Source: Phoronis australis (taxonomy: Eukaryota > Animalia > Phoronida). Taken from it: a stretch of 64,000 nucleotides of DNA. Below the pieces are notes generated by a model. It saw only the letters and a program-made list of their open reading frames with translations, was not told the DNA's origin and made no database searches. Each line of letters opens with the position of its first letter. Position 1 is the first letter of the stretch. The DNA lies in the NCBI GenBank assembly GCA_002633005.1, contig NMRA01000175.1, forward strand, positions 656,734 through 720,733, written 5' to 3'. A program made the position numbers and the translations under genes. Below are positions 38,801 to 53,800 of this stretch, piece after piece.

Positions 38801-41800
38801 TCGTCATAGTTTCCACAAACATGAATTTTTGGCGTAAAACTTGGAAAATCTGTTTCTAAATTCTATAAGCTACAAAAGCGTGTCTGGGATTTTGGCACAA
38901 GAATCACACTCATAAAATGAAGACATCAAAATTCCTTGAAAAATGCAATTTTCGATTTTTTTGCAGCTACATTCTCGAGCTTAAAGGGCAGACTTCTTTT
39001 TGAAGCTAATACAGAATTTGCAAGTCTAGCAAGAAATTGTGGAAAATACGGCAATCTCTGTTGTGAAAAATCATGATCCATATCATTATGAACAAATGAG
39101 CATTGCTTTCCTGTATATAGTACATTCTGCTATCATCAAAGATTTTAAAAACTTGTAGTTTCATAGGTCTACTATTAATACTTTAAAAATTATTTAATAA
39201 ATTGATCCTTGGTAACGAAGATAATAGCGTATTACTTTAAATGTCTACAACCTGTTTTGATAAATGTCCCTCATCCAACAACAATCCATTTCTACTATCA
39301 ACAGGAACTCAGATGAAGTGACTCAATATTGGAAGACTTAACAAGCTTGGTGGCTTTATGACATGTTTGACTTTAAGCAATGCATTAATGGATCCACTTG
39401 GGTTTCATAACTTACTTTATGGGTAGCAATAAAAATTAAATGACCATATAAAAATTATGGTATGGGTTGTCTATCAAATACATTAAATATTAGTCTCATT
39501 TGCTTTCTAATGGCTTGAAGCTTGAGCATAATAACAACAATCACCAAGTTTGCTTTCATATGCCTCCATAAGCCAACACTTGTGACCTATTTTGGCTATA
39601 CAAGGTTATCACTGGCTAACAGATATGACCTATTTTGGCTATACAAGGTTATCACTGGCTAACAGATGTGACCTACTTTTATTGTAAAGATTCAGCAGTT
39701 TATCCATCAGATCAGTCAGTTCTTCCACGCTACTGGCCAACTGACCAATGATGTTATCGGGGTCACTGACCGAAAGGAAGACGAGATCAATTGTCTGACC
39801 GACAGTCAATGCAACAGTTGGAATACTGACATCACACTGGCCAGTCCCCTGGTCTATTGGACCACCTGCAAGTAAAAATTTATTGTGGAATGCATCCACT
39901 GCCCACCATTCCTAAGATGACCTATTTTAACTGTAAGTTAAGGTAAATGACTGAAACATAATGACCAAGTAAGGTATAATGATCCTGTCATTTTATGTAT
40001 GGAAAGCAATATGACTGGAAATTGACTGGTTACTGTGATTAAACAACAGAGGGAGTCACTACTTATTAAAATACTAAGACTTGCAACAGATTGTGCCCAA
40101 TTTCTTGCTGGCACAATCAACAAAATTTCACATATTAAGAAACTAGACACCATGAATTAAGAATATTTTTATTAGAACCAATGTGTAGAACAGTGAATTC
40201 AATCAGGCACACACTCCCCAATTTAGCACTCACTACTGTTCTCCTCAAACGTCCCTCTCTCTTCCAATAGGGAGCCAGGGATAGCTGCACAATAGCCACC
40301 ATGTAGCAGGCGGTGGTTGATTGACAAAGTGTCACCTGTCTTTGGGTTGTACACATAGACATAATACACATCTGCTTCAACACTGGTCACATGAACTGAC
40401 AGGGCATCTTCCTCAGCAACTTCAAAGAACTCTGCAACAAACAGCACAGTTTAAAGAATTCTAAAGTTTTATCTATTACCTTTACTAGAAACATTGTAAT
40501 CGCGAGTTGCCTTTTCACAACACTTCACCCCAAAAGTTTAAAAAATGTAATAATAGACTATCATGTCTTTACTTAAAGAGTCCATAAGTCTTGATGCAGA
40601 CGCAGACCAAAACTAATACTATTTTTGATTAAATCTTCAGTTTTGAAATTGAGCTTGACAAACATGTAATGACATCAATCATGGTTTGACCTGATACCCA
40701 CTCTCCGTCCTTTTTCAAAAACATTGAACAGAACTGAAGTCATCGAGTCTATATCGCAGTGCTGCTGACCAGTTCTTACTATTTTGTCCAAACTCCCAAT
40801 CTGACAAAAACTTTCCGCACTGCCAACTGAGAATGAATGGTACGAAAATAATAACTCACGAAATCCTACCTTGGAACATGCTGATGGCCTCCTGGTTCCA
40901 TTCCTCGTCTATCTTCACACCAGCTAACTTAAGATCTAGTCCTTGGGCCTCCAGACAGATGAAATTGTCGGGAATCGTGCGAATGTCAGTTGAAGGAATC
41001 ACATCAGTATTGCCGTAGTCTACGAACTTAACCTGATGAATACATAAAAAATTAGTGTAAATGGTGAAAACCTTGCTTTGCAACGACTTGAAAGAACACA
41101 ATTTTAACTGTCACAATTTAAAGAGTTATTTACAGACACTAGTTAAACATATAACAACATTTTCCCTAGAAATACATCTTTTAAACATATAGGAAATCTC
41201 ACTTGGAAACTAGTATAAGTTGGACCTTTGCTGAACTCAGACATCAAAATTCCACAAAGCATTTGCTGTAGTTTGTGCACTCAGTCCGTCAGCTATGTTG
41301 GACCTCACCTTACTCCCAATAAAATCTCTTGGTCTCATTGGATATTAATGTTAAGAGCTTTTAGTACATTTTAAACATGAATAACCAAGTGTTTTCCTGG
41401 TCCTCAGTAACAACGCATTAGTGAAGTGATATAGCAGGTACAGGTGTCTTATTTCTATCACCCATTTATCCCGCCAAGCACAATGAATGATACGAGTTAA
41501 ATTCAGTCCGACTCAACCAGTCAATGCACGGTTGAAGTGAAATGGAACACAGAAATATATATGGCACTACGCTACTTCACAGCAAACAACATAATTTGTG
41601 TCAGGAAAACAGGTAATTAATGGAATAAACTTAATAACCACCAGTCTCAATTTTTAGCGTAAACCGCACCATAAATGTTGGCTTTCCTTTCACAAAATGA
41701 TTGCACTTGATCGACCTTGTCACTTCAACCAGGTCAACCAGTCAAAATATCCGACTGGTCTAAAAGACGAAAGTAAACATCAACAAGAGCAACGCGGAGC

Positions 41801-44800
41801 ATTGAAATGCGCCCACAAATGCATCGCAAATGGTGTGCTTTCAGGGTTATTTATTTGTATCATAAAAATGGCCACTAGATGGCGCAAAAACGTACAATCC
41901 ATCCAAATACAGCTATGGATGAAAAACAAAACAGAGCAACCATTAGGAGGCGCCAAAGTAGTCAGTCGCCATCATCAAACGTCCTCTTCACACTGAGAAC
42001 ATTTCAATTTTCAAAACCATCCCTAGAAGTATTTGGTTGACCAGGGTTTGAAAACAGCAAAAATGGCCACCAGGTGGAGCAAAATACCTATATTCAAAAT
42101 TTTATGAAAATCTGTTTTGGAACTTTGAAAGTACAGAGGTAAACGTAAAAAACTAAAATTGCCACTAGGGGGCACAGGAGTGGTCAGATCCATACGAAAG
42201 TTGTCGTTGTTCGTTGTCAACATCATATAAATACACTTGCTAAATCAAGTAAAGATCCTGCAAACGGTTTAGGAAATACAGCCATGAGTGCAAAGAACTG
42301 CCAACAGGAGGCGACACAGTAATCAAAGTTGGAAAATCATCGTCAGCCGTCCACTTCATAGTTAAAACATACATGCCAATTTTCACAATTATCCTGAAAG
42401 CGGTTTGGTTGATAGACGAGTGGACGCCAAAAAACAGACTCGAAATCAGTAAAAATGGCCACTAGGTGGCGCAAACTACGTCCAATCCATCTGAAAATGG
42501 AGAGATGCCTTTATGCCAAATTTTATGAAAATACATTGAGGACCTTTGAAGATAGAGAGGTAAACGTAAAAAAATGAAATTGCCAATAGGAGGCACACCA
42601 GTAGTCAGATCTGTCTGATAGTCGTCATCCTGCGTTATTAACATCATATAAATGCACTAAGCAACTTAGTAAAGATCCTGCAAATGGCTTAGGAGATACA
42701 GCCATAGGCACAAAAAAAAAACAAAATTGCCACTAGGAGGCGCCACAGTAGTTGAAGTCATCGGAAAACCATCGTCAGCCGTCCACTTCATAGTAAGAAC
42801 ATACATGACAATTTTCGCAATCATCCTTTGAGCGGTTTGGTTGATGGAGGGATGGACGCCAAAAAACAGACTCGAAAACAGTAAAAATGGCCACTAGGTG
42901 GCGCAAAATACCTCGAATCCATCCGAAAACGAAAGGATAGCGTCACCTCATTAATATATGTCTATGTGCCAAATTTCATGAAAATCGGCTGAGGACCTTT
43001 CAAGATACAGAGGCAAACCTAAAAAACTAAAATTGCCACCAGGGAGCACAGCGGTATTCGGGTCGGTCCGAAACTCGTCGCCCTTTGTCGTCAACCCCAT
43101 AGGAACACACCTGCCAAATTTCAATAAGATCCTGCAAGGGGTTTAGGAGATACAGCCGCAGATGCCCAAACAGAGATGACGGCAATATGCACCCACATAT
43201 AAATATGTGGGCACATAAAACTCCATCAGATGTCTCGGGCGATAGACCCGGCAAAGTCAATCAAGTGTACCCAGACAACATCTCACTCCCCCCTCCCCCC
43301 ACAGCACGATCCCGCTCCTCACCTTAAGTTCACTCTCCAGGGACTCCAGCACCACACCGCGGTACCAAGAATTGTCCTCTGACCACAGAGCCAGACAGGC
43401 TTCACCCACTCCAGCACAGTAACCTAAGCAACAAAATGACATGTGTGAGTGAAAGACCCCGAATCCAACTATTGACTTTATGAGCAGAATAGGAAATTTA
43501 AAGTGAACAAATGATGATCTGATCTCCCTGTGATCGTCAAACAGGTTCTCTGTGAGTGAATTTTGCCAAAGCAGTAACTCTAAATGTAGATAAATTCACA
43601 TATCACGTCACAAGATGAACAGACGAATACTTGCTGCAAGGTATTTCTACCATAAACTTTAAGTCAACACATTCAGTTAAATCACCAACAAATTTCATTT
43701 CAAATCAGTTTTAAATTAAAAAAAATCACACTTGAAAGCTATTTAACAGACTGTACTATTCAAAACAATTTCAAATGTAATTTAAAAACAAAATAGTATG
43801 TTCTGAACACTACAAACCTTCAGCACTGGCAACTTTCTCCTGTGTGCAGTAATCTTGAATGGCACCTGTCAGTTGCTCAAGCTCTGCCTCATTCTTGAGC
43901 AGACGACACGTGAACTCATCAGGTGACCCCGCTACTGAGAACACCATGTCATACTTCTGGCCGGGTTCCAGAGTAATGTATCTGAATTATGAAATATGAA
44001 TCTGATCAGCAATCGCTCTGACCAATCCACTATTACAGTAGTCACGACCTTACATTAAAAACAGGTCACACTAGTTGTTTCAGTCTCCAAGACTGCTGCT
44101 CTATTCTCACAACATGACTTCTTAGTTTTGCACAGTGAAACCAATTCAACCACCAACAAAACATATATTGAGTAGTAAGCAAATGTATACTGCCAGAAAG
44201 AATACAAAAATCAATTTTTTTTCTCATGATTTAGATGAAGCAGCCAGATCCTACGTTGTATCGAAGATATGAAGCATTCTCCATACAGCTCTTTACCGTT
44301 GTGAGAGCACATAACTGTCTATCGCTTGACCAGATTTCTAAAAGTGGTGTGCAACATAAGCCCAGTTGACAGGGACGAAACACAACTTCTTTCTTTCACG
44401 GACATTTCGAGACATTGGAATACACTAGAGAATATACCACCGCACTAAATTCATACAAGAATGCAGAAAATTGACCACCAACTACCTTGTCGCCATCTAG
44501 TGGCTATTAGAGCAGTGTTATCCAAGCATTTGATACAATCTCCTCAGAGATGATTTTGCTCAATTTTATAATTCCTACACAAAGCAATTATAACAAAATT
44601 ACCAAAATAATGTGACAGAAAATGTTTCCTATAAACTTCCTGGATGTCCCAACCACATCTTGAATACCAATAAAGCACACCTGTACACCCACCTGAATTT
44701 TGATTGCTGTTCATTATTCAGGGCCTCATCACCGTCCACTGTCTCCACCTTATTGACAAGCTGTTCATCATCAGTCACACAAGGGGGAGCCACAGACAAC

Positions 44801-47800
44801 TCCTCCAAATCCTGCTGTTCGGCATTGCCAACAAGTCCTGCATCAGAAAAGTTTTCCACAATTCCTTCGCTACCATCTTGTCTTGTTCCACTGTCCAGGT
44901 CGGTAGAAGTTCCCCGTGTAGCTGAATCACTGGCATAGCCAGCTTCAACAAGCTGACAACCAATAGAGTACTCTCCGTCTCTCAGCTCAATCGTGGCACT
45001 TATCACATGACCACTAAGATCCACACTAACTATTTCTGCCTGCAGCTCCTTGTCGATGGTGAGTTCTTCAAAACGTGTACACGCAGCCGAATCCCACACA
45101 TCTCCAACGGGGTGCACTCGGGCCAGACTACAACAGAATGCTTGTGGCGGAACAAGCAGCAAATCGGGACGCACGTTCTTGACAAGCGATCGTAACACAC
45201 GCTGGCTGTTTCCATAATCCACGAAGCAGACCTGTATACAAAAATGGAAACTCATTACACGTCTCAAAATACTGTCAAATCGACATGCTTTTTCTTCTAA
45301 ATGGTCGCATTAGAAACTTCATCAAATGTGTCGTTCTGATTGCCCAACAAGGTTGCAATGGATAGAATTGGAAGAGTGGCTGAAGAAAAAAAAGCCTTTA
45401 AAGCAGTCATTTTTAAGGCAATGTAAAACTGCACTTTTAATCAGGTGAATAATTTTACTTCACAACACAATTTTCACTACCGAATCCATCATTTAAAGAA
45501 TACATGGAGCTTAAGCAAGCAAAGAGTTTGGTAGGAATTATAGCGCAGCTACCTGCGCACGCTTTTGATTATTTTTTTTCTAATTTCAAAAACAGAGAAA
45601 AATCCATTTTTTTTCAATTTTATAACTAAGCAAATTTCGCATTACAAAGTTAAACAAGAGCAGTGCGGAGCATTGAAATGCGCCCATGAATGCATTGCAA
45701 ATGGTGTGCTTTTAGGGTTATTTATTTGCATCATAAAAATGGCCACTAGATGGCGCAAAAACATATAATCCATCCAAAAACAGGAACATGCCATATTTTA
45801 TAAAAATCTGTCAAGGAACTTCAGAGAAACAAAGGAAAACAGAATAAAATGAAATTGCCACTAGTGGGCACAGTGTCCGTTGGATCCGCCTGAAAGTTGT
45901 CGTCGTCTGTTGTTATCTTCAAATAAATACACTTACTAAATTTAATAAAGATGCTGCAGTGGATTTAGGAGATACAACTATGGACGCAAAACAAAACTAC
46001 CACTAGGAGGTGCCACAGTAGTCAGTCACCATCATCAAAGATTGTCTTCACACTGACAACATATATGCCAATTTTCAAATGATTTGGTTGATACAGGGGA
46101 GGACGCCAAAAACAAAGATTTGAAAACAGCAAAAATAGCCACTAGGTGGTGCAAAATACCTTGATTCCATCCAAAAACAGGAAGATACCGTCATCACACC
46201 AATAGATGAAGATACAGAGTTAAACGTAAAAAACTAAATTGCCACTAGGGGGCACAGCAGTAGTCAGATCTATTCGAAAGTCGTCGTCGTCCGTAGTCAA
46301 CATCATATAAATACACTTGCTAAATTAAGTAAAGATCCTCCAAACAGTTTAGGACACACAGCCATGAGCGCAACAAAAAAACTTCCACTAAGAGGCGTCC
46401 CAGTAGTCGAAGTCGTCAGAAAATCGTCAGCCGTCCACTTCATAGTAAAAACATACATGCCAATTTTCACAATTATCCTGAAAACGGTTTGGTTGAAAGA
46501 TTAGTGGACGCCAAAAAACTCGAAAACAGTATAAATGGCCACTAGGTGGCGCAAACTAAGTCGAATTCATCTGAAAATGGAGAGATAGTGACACCTCATT
46601 AATAGATGCCTATATGCCAAATTTTATGAAAATACAATGAGGACTTTTGAAGATACAGAGGTAAACGTAAAAAAATGAAATTGCCACCAGGTGGCACATC
46701 AGTTGTCAGATCTGTCCGAAAGTCGTCATCGTTTGTTGTTAACATCATATAATTACTATACTTACTAAATTTCGTAAAGATCCTGCGAACAGTTTAGGAG
46801 ATACAGCCATAGGTGCAAAAAAACTGCCATTAGTCGTCATTGTCTGTTGTCAGGATCATATAAATACACTTGCTATGTTTAGTAACGATTCTGCAAGCAG
46901 TTTAGGAGATACAGCCATGGGCACAAAAAAAAACAAAACTGCCACTAGGATGCGCCACAGTAGTCGAAATCGTCGGAAAATCATCGTCAACCGTCCTCTT
47001 CATAGTAAGAACATACATGCAAATTTTCACAATCATCCTTTGAGCGGTTTGGTAGATAGAGGGGTGGACGCAAAAAAACATACTCGAAAACAGTAAAAAC
47101 AGCCACTAGGTGGCGCAAACTCCGTCGAATCCATCCGAAAACGAAAGGATAGCGTCATCTCACTAATAGGTGCATATATACCAAATTTCCTGAAAATCCG
47201 TTAAGGACTTTTAAAGATACAAAGGAAAGCGTAAAAAACTAAAAGTGCCACTAGGGGGCACACCGGTAGTCGGATCCGTCCGAATGTTAGCTCATGCTGT
47301 CCCATTCATGAATGGAACATATGTGCCAAATTTCATGAACGTATGTCAAAGGCTTTTGGAGAAAGAGCAGCATACGCCGGACGGACGCCGGACAGACGGA
47401 CGGAGATAACAGCATAATGCGTCCACATATAAATATGTGGGCGCATAAAAACACTTCCTGGGATTGTTTTTCTCTATCTAGTACATTAATGCCACAGTTC
47501 CATTTCACCAAGTATACGTTTATTGTTTCTCAAAACTGGTAAAGGAACTGTCATTGATTGTCAGAAGAAATAAACAATTTGCAATTTGCGAAACAATTAT
47601 TGTGAATTAGTTTGATGGTAACAAATGCAATAGATTACATTTCAAAGATTTGAAGTAAAAGCAAAAAAAATATTTGATTTATAGTACCTACTACTGTAAT
47701 ATGTGAATTACATTCGAAACTTCCAACTCCGTAAAAGAAGTCCGATTCTGTGAATTCCAACTGTTTTCCATTATTATGGAAAACCAGGCTCTCTAACTCC

Positions 47801-50800
47801 AATGTAGCTTCACAGATTGGAGTTTGAGCCCTCCCCCTAATGGCCATACGCCTAGTCATAGCTAAGTATCTAAGACCACCATATCTTGGATATTAGCAGC
47901 AGGACAGCCCATTGAACTGGTTTATGACAAGGGTCATCAAATGCTACTGACTATGGACTACACGCTCAGCGCCGTCCTTCCTATTTCATGTCCGTCCTCT
48001 GTATTCTTTGGGTATGTATTTCTCATCACAAAGTCCGTCCTCTGTGTTCTTTGGGTCTGTCTTTCTAATCAGAAGGTCCCTCAATTCCATTTGAAGGTCC
48101 GCGCTTCTCATTTGCAGTCTAAGCTTATTGGATGATAAAACGTGTTCACGGTAGAAAAACAGAGCATGATGTCGTATCATGCAATAAAAAATGACCACCA
48201 TACCTCCAAATCCTCTTCACCCATGTCAGTCACCACACCGCGGTACCAGCTCCCATCTTCAGAGTACTGTGCGATGCATGGACGTCCTGGCGCCACCAAT
48301 TCAAGTATCTCGCTGTCAGCAGACAGCTTGGAGTAGTGCTCGTCTACACGGTCCATCAGCAGGGGGAGCTCCTCTTCAGACGAGGCCAGTTGGCACCAGA
48401 AATTGGACGGGTCACTACTGGTTGACATGACAAAGACGCTGACAGTCTCTCCTTGCACCAGTTTAGGGCTAAAAGAAACAAGAAATGTAGTCAGCAATTT
48501 ACAAAAAATCTCAACTGTTGTCTTATGTAGTCAGCAATTTACAAAAAAATCAACTGTCGTCTTTTCGAAACGTACAGTGAGGGAGCGTGCTTCAAGAACA
48601 AATACATTAGAAGACGCCTGATGAGTTATGTGCAAAACCTGGGCACGGGGGAGGTCTCATCTCTGAACTCAAAACTAGAGTAAAAAAAAACAACTGTATG
48701 TCAAGCTTCAAGAAAACTTGCGAATTTGATTGGATAAATTTCCAGGCCGAGTCACAGTGCAGGCTGAATTTGGAAATTAGACCATGGACCCTGAAACATG
48801 GACACACAATTCCCACTAAACAGTTTTGCCTTTCTTTGCATCTTTGAGCAGAACTTCGATGAAACAAAACAATTTCAAGAAGATCACTTTTGTACAACTA
48901 CTGTACACATCAGCCAAAATAACAAATCCCAGACTCCATTTCAATAGTTATGTGATCCTTAGCATATGACCACCCACCTGTACGCGTAGTCTTTACTGGT
49001 TCGCCTCTTCAACTGCAGTGGTTCGTTGACATCCACAGCAAATTTCTCAGTTATCAGCTTCTCACTAACCAACATACCCATATCAAGCAAACGCACCAAG
49101 CGCGAGTCATCGTCACCGACTTCTATGACCTCAGCAACAAGACACTTATCACTGACAAAGTCAGAGAAATAATCAGTGGTACGCTGCGTCCATGCCGAAT
49201 CATCAGCACGCACCCCATACAGAGCACACTCTATGGCTTGACAGGCAAGAATACTGAACTTGGTCTGCAGTTGACGGATGTCACTGAAACCAACCGTTTC
49301 TGAGTTGCCATAGTCAACGTAGAAGACTTTGACCTCAGGGGCGTTGACTGCCACCACCTGGGCACGATACCATGAGCCATCTTCTGAGAATTTCGCTACG
49401 CACGGTGACCCCACTTCTGGGCAATCATCAAAAGTATCCGAGACAGAGGACTCGATAGAATTGTAGGTCTCGAAGATCTTTTCCATCAGCAACTCCAGAA
49501 GTGGTAGGTATTTCTTCAACTGAACCCAGAACTGGCTAGGATTAGTGATATTGGATATGTACACTTCCTCTTTGTCTCCAATTAAAAATGGTGGTACTGT
49601 GTACTTGAAAGACATCTGCACTGGAGATGTATCCTCCCCAACAGCCTCAGTGACACGAAGTTCGAAATCTGTTTCAGTGATGGCCCCAGCAATGGGTGAC
49701 TCAGCACGATTATCCTCTGATAGCGCTACAGGAACTTCAGGTAAACCTGCAGCTGGACAAAGATCACTAGCAACACTGCTGGAAATCTCGTTGGCACTGT
49801 TGCCACCATTCTTTCCACCAACAGCTGCCTCCCCTTTCACTGTCGCATGAGTTCCAGAAGTGTCCACAACCATCACGCTGGTATCCTCCATTTCTTCCTG
49901 CCTAGCAAGCCCCGCCTCCAACAATTTCGATTCGATGGAGATCCCAACATCTAACATCTTCACATTCAGTGTTACACCGTCATCAGCAAGACTCACCACA
50001 TCCACCAACAACTTCTTATCACTGATCAACTCCTGGAACATGCTAGAATAATCTGTACCCCAAGTAGTTGCAACATCATCTTTAAACAGCAGACGACAGT
50101 GGAACGCCTGCCGCTCTAACTTCAAAAATGCAGAGTCGAGACATTGCACCTCTGCCACCTTGACTACGTCCTTGTTGCCATAGTCAACAAAGGCTACTGT
50201 AAAGGTGCCATCGTCATGGCAACACTCCACCTGGGCACGATACCACTCCCCATCTCCTGAAAACCTACAAATAGGACAAGATAAAAAAACATTGAATTCA
50301 TACACTGATGAGACTCCGCCTAATTAAGATGATGTAGGACTCTAGGAAAATTTCAAATTTGATTAAACTTACCAGTGGTCGGCTTTATTCATGACAATTT
50401 TAAAAGTAAAGAGGTTGTTTTCAATTTATTTTGTTGAAACGTTGGGCAACACTTTATATGCCAAAAACTAGGAAAATAAAAAATGCTAGTAACCCAGAAA
50501 TACACACAAGGCCACTCTTCGAACAGATTTTTTATTTCCCTCGCCCTACCCTACGAAGTGGGTAGGTAAGTCAACAAGAGCAACGCGGAGCATTGAAATG
50601 CGCCAACGAATGCACCGCAAACAATGGGCTTCTAGAGTTGTTCATTTCTATCATACAAATGACCACTAGATGGTGCAACACGGAACATGCCATCGCTTCT
50701 TTAATAGACAGCTATTTACCTAACTTCATAAAAATCTGTCAAAGGACTTCAGAGAAACAAAGGAAAATGGTAAAAAATGAAATTGCCACTAGGGGGCAGA

Positions 50801-53800
50801 GTGTCCGCCTCAAAGTCGTCATCTGTTGTTAGGCTTCACATAAATACACTTAAATTTAATAAAGATCCTACAGTGGGATTAGGAGGTACAGCTATGGCCG
50901 CAAAACAAAACAAAACCACCACCAGGAGGTGCCACAGTAACCAAAGTTGTCAGCGTAATCGCCGTCTTCACACTGAGAACATATACACCAATTTTCAAAA
51001 TTCTACTTAGAATGGTTTGGGGTGGACGCCAAAAAACTCGAAATGCGCTCACGAATGCATTGCATATGGTGTGCTTTTAGGGTTACTTGTATCATAAAAA
51101 TGGCCACTAGATGGCGCAAAACGTACAATCCATCCAAAAACGGGAACATGCCATATTTCATAAAAATCTGTCAAGGAACTTCAGAGAAACAAAGGAAAAC
51201 AGAACAAAATGAAATTGCCACCCACTTGAGGGCACAGCGTCCGTTCCATCTGCCTGAGTCGTCGTCTGTTACCTTCACATAAATTCACTTACTAAATTTA
51301 ATAAAGATCCTGTAGTGGGTTTTGAAGATACAGCTGTGGGCTCAAAACAAAACAAAACTACCACTAGGAGGCGCCACAGTAGTCAGTCACCATCATCAAA
51401 CATCCACTTCACACTGAAAACATGTACGCCAATTTTCAAAACCATCCCTAGAATGATTTGGTTATCGAGGGGTGGACGTCAAAAACAAGATTTGAAAACA
51501 GCAAAAATGGCCACCAGGTGGTGCACAATACCTCGATTCTATCCAAAAACAGGATGTAAGTGTCATCTCACCAATAGATGCCTATAATCAAAATTTTATG
51601 AAAATCAGTTGAGGACCTTTAAAGATACAGACTGGTGAACATAAAAAACTAAAATTGCCACTAGAGGGCACACCAGAAGTCAGATCCATCCGAATGTCGT
51701 CGTCGTCCATTGCCAACATCATATAAATACACTTGCTAAATTAAGTAAAGATCCTGCAAACGGTTTCATAGCTACAGCCATGAGCGCAAAAACAACAAAA
51801 CAGCCACTAGGAGGCGCCACAGTAGTTGAACTCGGAAAATCATCGTCAGCCGTCCACTTCATAGTAAACACATACATGCAAGTTTCCACAATTATCCAGA
51901 AAGCCGTTTAGTTGACAGACGAGTAGACGCCAAATCAGTAAAAATAGCCACTAGGTGGCGCAAACTAGGTCGAATCCATCTGAAAATGAAGAGATAGCGT
52001 AACCTCATTAACAGATGCCTGTATGCCAAATTTTATGAAAATAGGTTGAAGACTTTGGAACATACAGAAGTAAACGTAAAAAAAATAAAAATTGCCACTA
52101 GGTGGCACACCAGTACTCAGATCCATCTGAAAGTCATCCTCCGTTGTTAACATCATATCAATACACTTACTAAATTTAGCAAAGATCCTACGAATGGTTT
52201 AGGGGATACAGCCACAGCAGTCGAAGTCATCAGAAAATCATAGTCAGCTGTCCACTTTGTAGTAAGAACATACATGCCAATTTTCACTATCATCCTTTGA
52301 GCGGTTTAGTTGGTAGAGGGGTGGCCACAAAGAAACTGAATCGAAAACAGTAAAAATGGCCACTAGGTGGCGCAAACTACGTCAAATCCATCCGAAAACG
52401 GGAGGATAGCGTCGTCTCCCTAATAGGTGCGTATATATCACATTTTATGAAAATCCGTTCAGGACTTTTGAAGATACAGAGGTAAACGTAAAAAACTAAA
52501 ATTGCCACTAAGGGCACACCGGTAGTCGGATCAGTCCGAAAGTTCACTCATGCCATCCCATCCACAGAAGGAACACGTGTGCAAAATTTCATGAACATAC
52601 GTTCAGGCGTTTTGGAGATAGAGCAGCGGACGCCAGACACCGGATGCCAGATGGACGTACAGAGATGACGGCATAATGCGTCCACATATAAATATGTGGG
52701 CGCATAAAAATGGCAACTAGGTGGCGCAAAATCCATCCGAAAACCGGATGATAGCGTCATCTCACCAATAAATGCCTATATTCCAGACTTCTGAAAATAC
52801 GATGAGGACCATTAAAGATAGATATAAATGTAAAAAAATAAAATTGCCACTAGGAGGCACACTGGTAGTTCGATCCGTGCGAAAGTAGTCATCGTCCATT
52901 GTCAACACCATATAAATACACTTGCTAAATTTAGTAAAGATCCTGCAAACAGTTTAGGAGATACAGCCATGGGCGCAAAAAAAACAAAACTGCCACTAGG
53001 AGGCGCCATAGTAGTTGAAGTCATCGGAAAATCATCGTCAGCAATCCTCTTCTAGTAAGAGCATATATGCCAATTTTAATAATCATCCTTAGAGCAGTTT
53101 GGTTGACAGAGGAGTGGGTGCCAAAAAACCGACTCGAAAACAGTAAAAATGGCTACTAGGTGGCGCAAAATACCTCAAATCCATCCAAAAACGGGAGAAA
53201 AGCGTCATCTCAACAATAGATGACTATATTCCAACTTTTATGAAAATATGTTGAGGACCATTGAAGATACAAACCTGGTAAACGTAAAGAAATAAAACTG
53301 CCACTAGGGGGCACACTGTTAGTTCGATCCATGTGAAAGTCGTCATTGTCTGTTGTCAGGATCATATAAATACACTTGCTAAGTTTAGTAACGATTCTGC
53401 AAGCAGTTTAGGAGATACAGCCATGGGCACAAAAAAAACAAAACTGCCACTAGGATGCGCCACAGTAGTCGAAGTCGTCGGAAAATCATCGTCAGTCATC
53501 CTCTTCATAGTAAGAGCATACATGTCAATTTTCATAATCATCCTTAGAGCGGTTTGGTTGATAGAGGTGTGGACGCAAAAAAACATATTCGAAAACAGTA
53601 AAAATGGCCACTAGGAGTCCCAAACTACGTCGAATCCATTCGAAAATGAGAGGATAGTTTCATCTCACCAATAGATGCCTATATTCTAAATTTCACGAAA
53701 ATACATTTTAGTCTTCTGAAGATACAGAGGTAAGCGTGAAAAACTAAAATTGCCACTAGGGGGCACACCAGTAGTCCGAGAGGTCCGAAATTCGTCGTCA

